Shown in pieces: positions 1-12,602 of a stretch of DNA of 64,000 bases. Both the position numbers and the translations under genes were made by a program. The notes under the pieces were generated by a model. That model ran no database searches. It was not told the DNA's origin and saw nothing but the letters and a program-made list of their open reading frames with translations. Position 1 is the first letter of the stretch; each line of letters begins with the position of its first letter. This DNA is from Takakia lepidozioides. Taxonomy: Eukaryota > Plantae > Bryophyta. The stretch spans positions 42,718,001-42,782,000 of the forward strand of contig CM060732.1 in NCBI GenBank assembly GCA_030704615.1, read 5' to 3'.

Positions 1-739
1 TAGAAAACTAAGAAAACTGCACACAAAAATGGAGAAGTTACCGCTCTTGCTCTTAGGAAGCCTTGAAGACTCACCAAAGCAACCTTTCAAATAAGGATGA
101 TGACCGCGCAATAGCTCAGTGGCCCCCTCCAATTGTGGGTTTTGACTGCGCAACCTCGGCAATAACTTCTCCACAAACTCCCTGCAAAATACCATGAAAA
201 CCCTAAACTTCCAGCCCCCAAAAGCTTCATTTGTGAGAGAACCCTGCGTCCGTAGGCTTGAGGAACACATGCAGACAGCCCATATACAGAGAGAAGAAGA
301 GAAGTCACACACACCTGGCGCCGATGCTACTGCCAGAGTGGTCACAGAAACAGAGCGCAAGTTTTTTGAGCTGCCACACTCCCCTTACCGCCATGCTCCT
401 TGGCCACTAGACTCTGCTTGTTTTGTTTTGTAATTTTTCAGTTTCTTTGCAACAGAGAGCCACGTCAGAGGAATCCAAAGCTGCACTCTGATTGGGCAGA
501 GCCCTCAATTCCTCCTTTCAAAGGACCTCTAACTTGTCACCGGAACCTGGGGTGCAAACGACCCACAATAGCCGGTCGCATGGCAGAGCTGCAAGATTCA
601 GAAGCAGGGCGAAGGAAGCAGATTCTGGGGCCAAATCTTGCTACTTGACAGGTGTGCTATTCTCTTCTCCCCCTTCCCCGGGCCGGTGTCCCACTCATAC
701 GCCTTCATGGCGCGGTTATTGTGAAATTATTGATTTCAG

Positions 740-2035
740 TATACCCTGAGGGTATAAGTAAATTATTTTTGTCAAATCATTTACCCTCCCCGGGTATGGA
801 TTTTTTTTTTTTTAAATTTCTTTGGAGGAACAGGGAAGGTCTGGGATAAATTGAAATCTCAAAAAATTATTTACCTTCCGGGTATGGGTAAATTAACTTG
901 TCAGATTTCTATATAACCCCCAGGTATAGATATATATGCCAAAATATACCATGAGGATATGAACAGTTGTCTGGGTATGGATAGTTATTTCAATTAATAT
1001 ATAATTTAATGGTTTTAAAGAATATATAATGTTCTTCAATATGTACAAAACCAAAAAAAAAAACACAATCTATGGTAAAAGAGAAAATTGATAAGATATT
1101 GCATAATATTTTGGTTTTAATTCCCAATGCAAGATGGAGGAGGTTTGAGATTCAAAAAACAATTTAAAAAAAAAATCCTCCCCTCAAGGGCCTAAAATGT
1201 CAGTTGTTGCTCCTTATATATATGCCAGATCTGAAGAGGCATCTTTGGGTTATATGACATTTTAGGAATGATGTATATAGCATTTGTCTTAGCTGTGATT
1301 GGAGCTTTATTATAGCTCAAGGCTCCCTAACAACACAACAAAATGAGAAAAGACCTAGCACCTAAAGGCTATGAAGGCACATAAAGGCCCTTATATACCC
1401 TGATTAGATATACCCTTCATTTTAACAGAGCATACCACGCTTACCCGACGAGTTAAGCGAGATCGTCGCTACGCTCCCCTGTTCCCTCTGTCCCCTCCTT
1501 GTTCCCAGTCCCGCGCCCCTATCCCTATCCCTTGTCCTCGTTCCCTATTCTTGGTCCCGCTCCCCTTCTCGCCTTATGGAACGCGGCTTGTTCCCCTGTT
1601 CCCGGTCCTCGCTCCACTCCTCGCTCCCAGTTCCTGACCCTGCTCCCCTACTCGCCCTGTGGAATGCGGCTTGCTCCCCTGTTCGTGGTCCCCACTCCCC
1701 CACTATGGGGAGCAAGGATCTTGGACCGGAACAGGGGAGCAAAATTGGAGAATGTTGGGGAACATGGTCCTAAAAGTGGGGAGCGTGAGGAGGGAGCAGG
1801 AGGTGCGGAGCGCTCCCCACCTTCACAATGGGGGGAAGACATTTGACAGGAAGTCTGCTGGAGCCTCCCCGCTCAGGCCAGCGCCCTCACGCGCTTGCCT
1901 TGAACTCCTGGGAACGTAGTCCTTGCCCATTTTAACATATACCCTTCAGAAAAGTAGGGTATATTGAGCGTCTGGATAAGGGTATATCATAAAAATATAC
2001 CCTGAACATCCAGGTACCTAAACTTGACACACCAG
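740..2035. repeat. Degenerate AT-rich repeat, probably a non-autonomous DNA transposon remnant, with many dispersed ATACCC/GGGTAT motifs
   Basis: ATACCC/GGGTAT recurs in both orientations at about 741-755, 782-800, 871-890, 1393-1417 and 1937-2003, like subterminal repeats. No clear TIRs found. Confidence 0.35.
1428..1928. mobile_element. MULE/Mutator-like non-autonomous element (MITE), about 500 bp
   Basis: 9-bp direct repeat ATTTTAACA at 1419-1427 and 1929-1937. Imperfect TIRs: GAGCATACCACGCTTACCCGACGAGTTAAG versus revcomp end GGGCAAGGACTACGTTCCCAGGAGTTCAAG. GC-rich body in AT-rich context, with an internal ~70-bp direct repeat (about 1552-1617 and 1633-1700). Confidence 0.7.
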
Positions 2036-2172
2036 TATATATATATATCAATACATGCATATATATATACTTGCCACACCAGCATATATATATATCAATA
2101 CACGCATATATATATATATACTTGCCACACCAGCGTATATATATATATCAATACACGCACATATATATATAA
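2022..2172 (+). repeat. Tandem repeat, 3 units of ~47-50 bp (ACTTGCCACACCAG + (TA)n + CAATACACGC + (TA)n)
   Basis: Units directly visible, starting at about 2022, 2069 and 2120. Confidence 0.85.
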
Positions 2173-2182
2173 ATAAACAAGA

Positions 2183-5100
2183 CCTTCTTTTTACTCAAAT
2201 TAAATTAAAAATGAGTCACCAAAAGGTGGAAAAAATAACCACCTAGGGAGGCCGTAAGGCTGATCGAGGGGAAACGTCCCCGAAACCTGAGCATACTAGC
2301 TACTAAGCATAACCAAGGAGGAAGCGTTGGGAGGAACTGAGATGAGGAAAGAGATTGAGAAAAACAGAGCAGGTGAAGGTAGTGACGAAAGAGTTCTAGT
2401 GGCCAGCCAGCCAGCGAGAAGCAAGAATGGAGCAAGGGCGTGGATCCTAGAACTACAGCCAATTTCTAAGTAGTGGTACTTGAATCATTTCGAGCCTCCT
2501 TGATTCCCTGGAAGCTGAAAGGTGACAAACAAAACCAATCGAACTCTAAATTTAGTCACACGAGCCTTCTTATGTCTCCAATTGTAATCCCCTTCTTCTC
2601 CATCACTAGGAGACATCCCAAGTAGCGGGGATGTTTTCTTGCCAGGTGAAGCGCATAGGGGGTAAACTGGTGCCGAGTATGCCAGGACTGCAAAAAACGA
2701 TTGAAGAGCTGGGTCCCGCATTGTTGTGAAGCCCTGTCAACAGCTGCAGACATATTACCCCAGGCTTTCCTCCCCTCAGTAAGCATGTCATTATAAATAC
2801 AGAAGAGTATAGGTCTGCCTCTAGGGGGTTTCCCCTCATAAACAAAAGAGCATCTAGCTTTCCATAGATTCCACAAAGTGTACGCCCTAAGGCAGGCCCA
2901 CATTGGTCAAACATGCAACCTGCCATTTGGCAACAAATTCAGCAGAAGCAAGGAAGGGGGGGGGGGATGCGGGAAAGATTCCCAAGAAGAATAAAAAGCC
3001 AGCACTGTTCTCCAAACCCTGGCAGGCAGGTTACACTCTGCCAGGCAATGTTCAGTATATTCAGGTTGAGCAAGACACAAAGTGCAAGCTGAATTGTTGT
3101 GGAGAGTAGCAGCGTGGACAGGGAGAATTTTGTGGGCCAGCTTCCACAGAAAGCCTGAAATTTATCCTGCTCTTGGCTTCCTTCAGATGTCTTTCCACAC
3201 TCTATCCCATGCGGCTTGGGAGAGGTTAAATTGTGCCCATTTAGTGTTCCACTTCGATAGGAAGGATCTGTTGGGCCTTTGCAATGCATACCCCATTTTG
3301 ACCGAGTATGCAAAAAAAGGCGAATGGTTGGGGTTCATCCAGCTCCATTCCCCGATGTCAAACTGTAGGGCATCCATAGGGTATTTGAGAAACCAGGTGA
3401 AGTCAGAATGCAAGGCCCACTGCAGCTCTTACCCTTGCGGAGGCTTGGGATTGGCATTCCCTTAGGAGTCCAGCACCCTTATCGAGAATAATGAGCTTTT
3501 ATGCAGGTCCAATTAGCCCCTACAAAGCAGATTCCCTTCATGGTCAGCAAGGAAGGAAATACCAGATGCGGTCTGATTTTCCAGAGATAGAACTAAGAGA
3601 ACCATGTTGCCAGCGTCAAGCGATGATGCCATCCAGGAGGGTAAAGACCAAGTGTTGCCACCATTTCTCATAAGAAGAAGCATGTAATCAGGCACCTCAG
3701 CCAGCAGAGCATGCCATGCCTTAGCGCGTCTCTGACCAAGAAGATGGGTGACAGCAGGCTCTGTAAAAAACTGACCTTGATTCCGTATGCTACCCATATG
3801 TGTGAAGCCACAATGATCCCAAAAAAACCCACTTTGGATTATGCATAATCACCACTGAAGAGTCCATGTTGTAATTCCCGAATAGTAGCACTTTCCAACG
3901 CATTTCTGCCTTGCACTATCCAACGCAGGGAATGGGCCCACTGGGGGGAAGAGGTGGGGTGAGCCCCCATGAGATATGGTTGAACGAGCTTGCTCCACGG
4001 GCTATGGCGTTGGGATATAGCTCTAGGTATCCATTTGGCCAAAAGTGCTTTGATCTGCGTTGCTGGATCTATAATTCCAAGTACTCCTTTGTTTTTTGGC
4101 TGGCAGAGCTGTTCCCACAATATGAGAACATGTCTTTCAGGGGAGTGTGTGGAGGCCCCCCAAATGAAATTTCGAACCAAGGCCTTTATTTCTTTCACCA
4201 AAGAAGTACCAGGGTCCCATACTGCAGCAAAATACCAAATAGATGCCAACAAAATTTGGTTGACGACCAGGGCTCTCCCAACAATCAAGAGCATGGATGA
4301 GCTCCAATGCGCCAACGCTCTTTTTAGCGTCTTGATGACAGCGTGCATAGTGCATTTCTGGGATATATTTAGACCAATCTGATGTCCCAGAAGAGTGTAT
4401 GACTCCCCTTTGCACAACCAGTTGAGGCCAATGTCATTCCCCCAAGGGGCGCAATGCGTGGAGGCTGTTTGGTTTTGCAGTTGAGAGAGAATGCCTTTGG
4501 ACTTCATCCAATTGATCATGAGTCCTGAACCCGCACAGAAAATTTGCAAAGCCTGTAGAGCCCGCTGAATGTTATCATGGCTGGAATTGTCCAATAGCAA
4601 GGTGGTATCATCGGCATACATAGAGAGTTTAACCATCTCAGGTTGATAAGTAGGTAAATGCAGCCCCACTATATCACGCCTTGCTTCGAAAAGATGCCCA
4701 AGAGAATCAGCAGCAATGAGGAAAAGAAAGGGTGCCAACAGGCACCCCTGTCTGACAGACCTGGATATTGGGAAGGAGTTGGAGATCACTCCGTTCCCCA
4801 TCACCTTACTAGAAGCTGAGTGCAGAAGGATGCGAACCCAAGTCATGCATTGGCCTCCCAAACCTGTTTTTCCATAGCTTTAGCAGGAAGGTCCAGTCAA
4901 TTGAGTCAAAAGCCTTTTCAAAATCAAGCATCAAGAAGGCTAAAGGCTAGTTGTTTATGCAAGCTTTGTGAAGTGCTTCAGCACTAGCAGAATATTATCC
5001 AAAATCATGCTGTCTTTTAGGAAACCAGACTGGTCTTTCCTAATGATCCTTGGTAATAAAGGCTGGATACGCAATGCAAGAGCTTTGGCAATGATTTTAT

Positions 5101-6240
5101 ATGTAGAATTTAGAAGGGTGATGGGGCGGTAGTTAGCCACATTGTCTCTTTCACCTTTCTTGTAGATCAAATTGATAAGACCTTCAGAGATCTGAGAAGG
5201 CATGATCTGCTTATGGGGGATATCATTTGCCATGTTGAGGAAGTCATGTCCGATTGTGAGCCAAAGAGTTTTGAATAGTTCAATCGGCAGCCCATCCGGA
5301 CCTGGACACTTCAAAATGGCCAAGGCTTCCACCGCATCTCCCAGTTCCTGCATAGTGAAAGGCTCATCCAGTTTGCCCTTCTCCCCATTAGTTAGTGAAC
5401 AGGGAATATTTTCCAGAAGGGTATCCCTGGCCTCCTTCACCAGAGGTGTGTAGTGTCTTTTCTCAAAAAGACTCTTGAAAAAGTCTGCGGCAATTTTAGA
5501 CATCTGCTTGAGTTCAGAAGATTGCAGACCAGAGCTATCACGCAAGGAGGGAATCAAGGTGGAAGATCGTCTCTGAGCTGCTTTCGCAAGGAAGTATTTA
5601 GTCATCTTTTCTCCCTTGAGGGACCAGTTCATACCCGCCTTAATCCTCATGAACTGTTCTCTGGAGTGACGGAGCAAAGAGAGGTTTTGTTTGGCAGCTT
5701 TGTATGAAAGCAAGGTTTGAGGGTCTTCCCTACCCTCTTGCATTTGCAGCTGGCACGCAAACAAGGAGGCATTTGGTGAGGGCTTTTTCCTTACAAGAGG
5801 ACTCTTTAGCCTTTTCTCTGGACAAATTTTGACAGATACTTCTGAGAGACTGGAGTTTGGATAGAAAGAGAAGAGTAGGGGGGGAGGAGGAGGGGGGGGG
5901 GGGGGGGGGGGGGTAGAGGACCAGGCCCTCTTAAGAGTAAGAATTACCTCCGGGTCTTTGAGGAAAGTGGGGTTCAGTTTAAAGCGGCCCCTTCCCTTTA
6001 CTCTAGATCCCGAGGTATGGAGAGAGTTGGATGGTAGAGTGATTGAAACCAGGGGAGATGGGAAGAATAGGATATCTAGCAGACCAAGATAACAAGTGAG
6101 CATAGCAGTAAAACCTGTCTAAGCGAGCCATAGAAAGGTTTGGGGGGTCTCTATTGTTTGACCAAGTATACTGGAGCTCATCCACCGACGGTGTTGAAGC
6201 GTCCAGCAAACTCTTTCCTCTTACTGAGACTGCTGAAATC
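2183..6240 (-). mobile_element. L1-like LINE retrotransposon, 5'-truncated and decayed
   Basis: Minus-strand fragments in LINE ORF2 order: endonuclease end (6003-6209 YTWSN..ARLDRFY), RT (KCPGPDG, NYRPITLLN, QSGF, LDFEKAFD at about 4900-4930, SVRQGCLLAP, YADD), then downstream zf-RVT-like pieces. Broken by frameshifts and stops. Confidence 0.92.
3839..6209 (-). pseudogene. LINE ORF2 endonuclease/reverse transcriptase (fragmented)
   Basis: ORFs 6003-6209, 4955-6103 and 3839-4861 carry canonical non-LTR RT motifs including YADD. Confidence 0.92.
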
Positions 6241-6489
6241 CAGGAGCTTCAATTAGGGTGATTCATATACCCACCCAACACTAGTTATTTTCTCCTCTAA
6301 CTATTTTTTTTTTAAAAGAAAAAGAAAAAGAATCATCAGTTCAATATTTTATGTCATTTCCTTTCATATTCATCTCATATTGTTCTCCTTCATCGACAAA
6401 GAAACATGCCTCCTAGACGTGGTGGCAGTAACTTGGACATAGGAGACGTAGGTACTTGGATACAATGGGGATTGTAGATGACTGTGCAC

Positions 6490-6727
6490 ATTTGGGCCAA
6501 CGGCACAGGCTGCCAGACACACTGCAAACACACACAAACCTTATGTCGGCGGGCTTCACCCCTTCCCCCATCATTTGCTCATAGGTTAGAGCCTCCATCC
6601 CGCACCCCTGCTGTCCATACCCCGCAAGCATTGCACTCCACAACACCACATCTCGTTCAGCCATAGTGTTGAACACTCCCTTGGCATCCTCGATGCACCC
6701 ACATTTGGCATACATGTCCACCAAGGC
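6490..6727 (-). pseudogene. PLS-class pentatricopeptide repeat (PPR) gene fragment
   Basis: [55 protein letters not shown] is an S-P motif pair. It is isolated and has no start. Confidence 0.85.
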
Positions 6728-6938
6728 AGAGGTAGACTCTGGAGAGAGACGGCACTAGCTTAAACAAAAGCCTCGCCCCTAAGAGGTGGACTCTATAAAC
6801 GGTACCTACAGTATCTATCTATCAATGCCTTTTCCACGCACATGGGACCACTGACCACTCCAGCTTGAAATGCCTTTTGGGGCATCAACCATACGCTCAA
6901 CAAAGAGGTCATTCTATATCACCCTAAGGGAGAAGATA

Positions 6939-7081
6939 AGGGAGAGGCCGACACCTGCCCGACAAAGAACATCCCTTGGATGGAAATTCGGCGTCGAATT
7001 TCCATCCGGGGCCGCCCGGATGAAGCCGTCTCGTAGGGAGAGGCCGGCACCTGCCCGACAGAGAACATCCCCCGGATGAAG
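6939..7081. repeat. Two ~46-bp direct repeats (period 96) with a 30-bp palindrome at the end of the first unit
   Basis: AGGGAGAGGCCG(A/G)CACCTGCCCGACA(A/G)AGAACATCCC occurs twice. Palindrome GGATGGAAATTCG-GCGT-CGAATTTCCATCC at 6978-7007. Confidence 0.75.
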
Positions 7082-7614
7082 TCATCTTGTGGGGAGAGGC
7101 AGATTGGCATGGAAATAGTCTGATGGCCGGCATGGTTAAATGTAACATGGAGAATTGTTCTGTGGAGAGCTTACCAATACCGTCAGGGAGGTAATTATCT
7201 TAAATCATTTCCTGCTACCCTAGCGGTCCCCACCGTACTGAGGAAAGGACGAAAGGACCTCAGGAAAGCCATCCTCGGCCCGTGTGGCGCCTATAGCACG
7301 GCACCCCGGCAAATATCATCCAAAAGTCCAAAGTTTTTTCCGTTCCATCAAAGCGGATGGATGCGCAGGATAAGGATTGAACCCAGGATCGCTCGGCTGA
7401 TTTCAGGAGTCTGTTAGCTCCGCGAGCGAAGGCTATGGCGGATATCGGAGCGAGCAGCGTGTTGAGTGAGCGCTTTGGCAGCCATGAATGCTGGTTTGTG
7501 TCAGAGCTTGGATCCATGGAGCTTGTGCGTTGTTGCAGGCTCGACGATATAGGCTGTCGACACACTTGATAGACGGAGCTATTTCAGTGTGAGCCAGAAC
7601 AAGTGCAAGGAGTC

Positions 7615-10600
7615 ATGGCAGAAGCAGTGGAGGGAGATACCACGAACTCGTCAGCCTCGAGCTTGCCCAGGTCTTTCAGTTACAGATTAGATTCCAGCAA
7701 TGACGTTCTTGGCGGTAGAAGGGATTCGTCCTCGTCTCTTTTGGGCAATGGTAGAGGATCTTCTGAGTCTCTTCTTGGCAGTAGGCGTGGATCAGGTGAC
7801 TTTCCTGGATTTCCGGACCCTTTCTCTGAGATTTATAGCTTGAAAGTGTGATCCGAGGATGCAGCGTGACATCTAGATTTGTTGATATACGCGCACAGCA
7901 CTCATAGATGATGCCTTCAATTTCACGGAATGCTAACAGCTTTCAGCAACTGCGGAGCAGACCGACAGCATAAGCTCATGGTTCAGATTATGCTCTTGGT
8001 TGTGCAGTTGCTCGAAGCTGTTTTTCTTCCGTAGATATTGTCTCATTGTTGGAAAAGATTCTGATTCAACTTCAAATTTGCAGCTAAATCTATTGCAACT
8101 GTATCGTATCCCAGAAGATATCTTTTTCTTGCATGCACTCTGTGTCTTCCTCATTAGAGAGCATATCTTTTATTGAGATCCCTCTGCTGAAGCTGTGGAG
8201 AAGCTTCTTCTCCACAAAGGATTTACTGGTTCCACAGCTTCTGACTACTCTCAAGCTTATCTCTTCTGCCCTTTCTCATTCAGACTACTCTATCAATTAT
8301 TAGGTTGTGACAACTCATCTTTTTACCTTTGAATGTGGTCTCAATAAATTCAGGTGATTTTGTTATCTGTGTCTTTTGATCATTGAATGGCAAGATGATA
8401 TCTACAGTAAGTCCTTGTGTTCTTTCAAACGTGGCAGGTTCCCCAGCCTTGCTAATGTATCTTGTGACATGAAACAGGAATCTCTTCATATGATGCCACT
8501 CTTCCTCTCTTGACGAGTCGACACTGCATGGGCTCTTCATGTGTACTTGAATTGTTCCCCTAACTCAAGGAGCTGTGCTGTTTGTTGGATTTCATCTCCA
8601 GGGCAGTCCTGGAAGTGCCGGAGTCCTAACAGCTTGTGTAACTTGTGGGTGGACTCGTGCAGAGTTTGGAAGCAGATATGGCTTTGGGAACACCTATTTT
8701 CAAGTAGATGACAGGGGGATCTACCTATCATCACTTGCTGTCACAATCGCATTGTCAGTCATGGCAACCATTGGCATCCTTCTCTTTACCGTTGTTGTCA
8801 CCCTCGCTGTCATGCTGGGCCAATGCCAGGATAAACAACCCCTGGTGTACAAATCTGCAAACCCTTGTGCAAGCTGGGCACTCAATGGTGAGCTAAATAA
8901 CCTTCAGGGCTGGGTTCTTCCGAAGAACTGTGAACAATATGTGGCACAGTACATGCACATGGGGCAATATAGGGAAGATTTTTCTGGCGCAGTCGATGCT
9001 GCACGCCAGTATTTGAAGACCGTGGTGGTGAAGTCTGATGGGCAGGATCTGGTTGTGCTGGACATTGATGAGACAGCTCTCTCCAACTTGCCTTACTACT
9101 TTGCCCACCACTATGGGTACTGTGTATCCTCTTCCTCCTCCTTCCACAACTGTCATGACTCTCAGTATTGCAACTACTAGTAATGCTCTAGTAGTAAGTG
9201 GCAATGACTCTTCTTGAATTCTTGAAAATGCATAAGTATTGCAGTTTTCTGCTGAGCCTGACTATAGTGCACTGAATTTTGTATGTCTTTGACTATGATT
9301 TTCTCTTAATATTTTTTTCTGTTTTCCTCAGTATGTGGGGTGGAGGTGGTGCATGATCAGCTCTTGGCTTCTCCGCAGTGGTTTCCACCTCCTCCTTAAA
9401 ACAGATTGCCCTGCTCTTGTCCAATGGGCATGAGTTGTGATTGTCATCACTGTTGTGAACGCAGCCGTAAGAATGACTAGAAGTAATTCGGGGGGTTGCT
9501 TCCAGAAGGACCAAACATCTTATATATTTTAGGTGTATGGATTACCAAGATTGAAAACAAATTTCACTTTGTAAATCACAGTTTGTGATGTATAAGGGGA
9601 TTATCATGCATGTCTCCGTAAAGTCTGAACGAAGTGGCTATTTCACGATTAGATCTACCCAGTTTGAACGGTTGTCAAGGAAGTGAGGTTGTGTTACATG
9701 TATGGATATCTGGCAAAGTGTGCTAATGAGTTGGGGGTTCCCCACTATCTGAACTAAGCTCAGACACTACTTGTTGATGAATATGCCTGTAGTTCGGAGT
9801 TTGACATTGACCTCTAATTCAGATTTAAGGTCAAACATGAGCGTCAAAGACTTCTAAGTAACTGCAGTCAAGAGTAATGACATGCTTTTGCTGACTCACA
9901 ATTTTGAGGATCAGTTCAGATGCTTTGAACTCCGAGGCATTCTTTCGATTGAAAACCAACTGCCAGCGAAAATTTTACTTTCCCCGATCTCCTCAATCTG
10001 TACGGGCCACAGGCTGTTCTATCTCCTCTTCTGAAATGTATGATATGAGTTCTGGAACTGTTTGTATGCCCTACAGACATGTTTTCTCCTTCCTTGAACC
10101 AACCTGTCGATGCTGTGCAGAGCTGAAGTGTTCAACGAGGAGGTCTGGGATAATTGGGTGCGCGAGGCGGTTGCCCCACCTTTAGAACCAATGCTGGCCC
10201 TATATAAGGAGCTGCAGGCTCAAAATTGGGGATTTGTTTTCATCACCGGGAGACCGGAAAGTCAGCGAAACTCGACTGCTCAGAACCTACTGGCAGCAGG
10301 CTATGAGGGCTGGACAGCTCTGATCCTAAGGTCAGTTGGGGTCCTGTGCTGTTACTTGCCATCACTTTAAGAGTTGTATAAACCACGAGGTTTTGTCAAT
10401 GTGTTGGGAGTGCAGTGTCACAGTGAAGTTCTCTCTCTTAAGGGACGTGTTGACATAAATTACCAAGTGATATGTCCAACAAATTTGATCGTTTGTCATG
10501 GTGCCCTTTGTTGTTCGTCTAAAAATACAAGGTCACCAGATGAGTTTGGATGTGGAGTACAAATCAAAAGAAAGACAGAAGCTGCAGGCTCAGGGCTGCC

Positions 10601-10960
10601 ACATTTTGTTCTTCTTAATGTCTAATTTTCTTTTGTATCATTTAGTTGTAAGGGTGGAGCCATTATGCGACTAGGCGCTTTTTATCCTCCATCAGTGATG
10701 TTTTGATGTTTTACAAGTGAGATGTCCAACAAATCTAATCATTTGTCGTTTTGCCCTTCATTTGTTCGTCTAAAAATACAAGGTCTCCAGTTGAGGTTGG
10801 TCTGCCGGCTGTGGAGTACAAATCAAAAGAAAGACAGAAGCTGCAGGCTCAAGGCTACCGCATTTGGAGTGGGCTAGGCGATCAATGGAGTGATATCACA
10901 GGTGCTGCTGTTGGAAATCGCACCTTCAAGCTTCCAAACCCAATGTATTATATCTATTAG
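7615..10960 (+). CDS. HAD superfamily class IIIB acid phosphatase with N-terminal membrane anchor; exons 7615-7795, 8663-9116, 10121-10330, 10783-10960
   Basis: Motifs LDIDETALSN (DxDxT), FITGR and GDQWSD..GNRTFKLPNPMYY. All three introns are GT-AG and phase-compatible (joins give RGSEFGSRY, HYGAEVF, LILRSPVE). CTAAC branch site at 8626. Exon 1 is the least certain. Confidence 0.92.
10461..10605 (+). repeat. Intronic duplicate of the intron-3 acceptor and the first part of exon 4 of the acid phosphatase, frameshifted
   Basis: Close match to about 10713-10865, including TTGTTCGTCTAAAAATACAAGGTC and TGTGGAGTACAAATCAAAAGAAAGACAGAAGCTGCAGGCTCA, with a net 8-nt deletion. Confidence 0.85.
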
Positions 10961-11159
10961 GTTCCATATTCCTCTCTCAACTTGTGATTCTTTTGATTTT
11001 CAATTTGTGGGGAGGATTTTGAGGGGCTATTCCCTTTCATCAACAATTTTTTATATATTGTCCAATGTTGCACAGATATCCTTGGTGTCTTCAGCATTTT
11101 CACATGATTGATGGATTTTGTGTTCAGTTTGGTTTTTTATAAGGGTTGTGCAACCTGTC

Positions 11160-11300
11160 TCTGTCTATCTCTCTCTCTCTCGCTCTCGTCAATGGCCACA
11201 AGGCTACGGCGAACAACGTCTTATGAGTACATTTTCTCGCACTCGCTCTCTTCCGCACAAACTGGCGGCCACAAATCTCATGAGTACATTCCCTTTCTCT
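11160..11300 (+). repeat. Short dispersed repeat; inverted homologue at about 40015-40228
   Basis: TGGCCACAAGGCTAC..C.AACAAC.TC, CATGAGTACATT and TTCCGC.CAAACTGG are shared with the reverse complement of 40015-40228. Both copies are associated with (CT)n. Confidence 0.6.
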
Positions 11301-12602
11301 TCCTGCAGTTTAGGGTTTCTCCTGTCTTGCTAGCAGTATTATGTGGAGACCTCAGTTTTTCTTTGTTATTCTACAAAGAATGGAAAAGCAGGCAAAGGTT
11401 TTGAGGATGCAAATCCTTCTTCCGAAATGTAGTATTTGTGGAGTGACACTGTAGGATTTGGGCTCTCCGCAAGGTTATCATCTATAGATCCATTGAGGGG
11501 ATGAAAATTGAAACTGTAGGACTTTCTCTCTCTCCAAAACACAATCTCCTTAAAATTCCTGTGGGAAATACAAAGTTTCTTGGATTGCAGGTTGTAACTG
11601 AGAACTAGGCTTTTACTCCTACACTAGGGGCCGGCCGCACCTGGCTGCCAGTGCAGCAGCTTCGGTAAAGTAATCATAGCTGCTCTCTAGTGGGCCTGCT
11701 AAGGATCAGCTGTTAAAACTTACTTTAAGATCCATTAAACATGGGGGGATGCCAGGGTATTCCTACCCATGTTGTCCATCTCCTTCCCAAAGGCACACTT
11801 TTTTGCGCTCGTATATAGAGGGGTGGAGACAAATGCTCTGAATGATGCTACTCCAGAATCTGAGAGCCTCGGAGGAGTTTATGAGCAGACCAGAAGCTTT
11901 TCTTTCATGTGCACTTCTTGTCCTGTAAGATTGAGTCTGTGTGGCATTGAGTTCGTGCCCTTTGATATCCCTGTAGGCCAGTATTTGTTGAGCAGGTTCC
12001 ACTTATTGCTACGCCCAGTGATATATCTTCCCTTTGATATCCCCATGCTCAGAAGATATGCCAAAATTTTCTGTCATTTGTCTGCATTGCATATCTTATT
12101 GCCTCTTGCATTAGAAGCACTCAAATTTTTTTTGCCATGTCGGGGTGCGGTATGCCTGGTCTGACACTGACCTGTTTTATGCCCTTTGCAATTTTCTCCT
12201 TCAACTCTTCTTTACTTTGACTTCACTTCCAACTTCCAACCCCTCACTGCCCGGCCTCTCAATGGAATTGATAGGCATAATGAGTACAACAAAAAGATGA
12301 GAGAGAACTGAATAAGTAGTAAAAAGAACGAAATAGAAGCTCTGCTCTGCAGGCTGCTGGCCAGGGCCATGGCTCCAATTTTGTTTTCATTTTTTCTCCA
12401 ATAATAATGAAAACAATTAGCAGCTCTCAAACCAACAAGGATGTTTAGAATCGCCCAAGGTGAAAAAATTGAAAATTATGGGAACAGGAAAGGTATATAA
12501 AATGGGAGCTTTCAGACCCTGAGGCATCTCTAGTAGGGCCTCACTTCCAAGTTCACATATAAATCAAAGATTTTTTTTAAGAAAAGGAAAGGGGAACACA
12601 GG

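Noticed and set aside
295-670. Short inverted match (AGAAGAGAA..CACACCTG / CAGGTGTG..TTCTCTTCT) as TIRs
   Set aside because: Too short and low in complexity, with no TSD.
5878-5913. Poly-Pro insertion in LINE ORF2
   Set aside because: It is a G homopolymer expansion, or a sequencing artefact, in a dead element.
11490-12430. Short ORFs (11763-12164) as a gene
   Set aside because: No recognisable motif, and stops occur in all frames.
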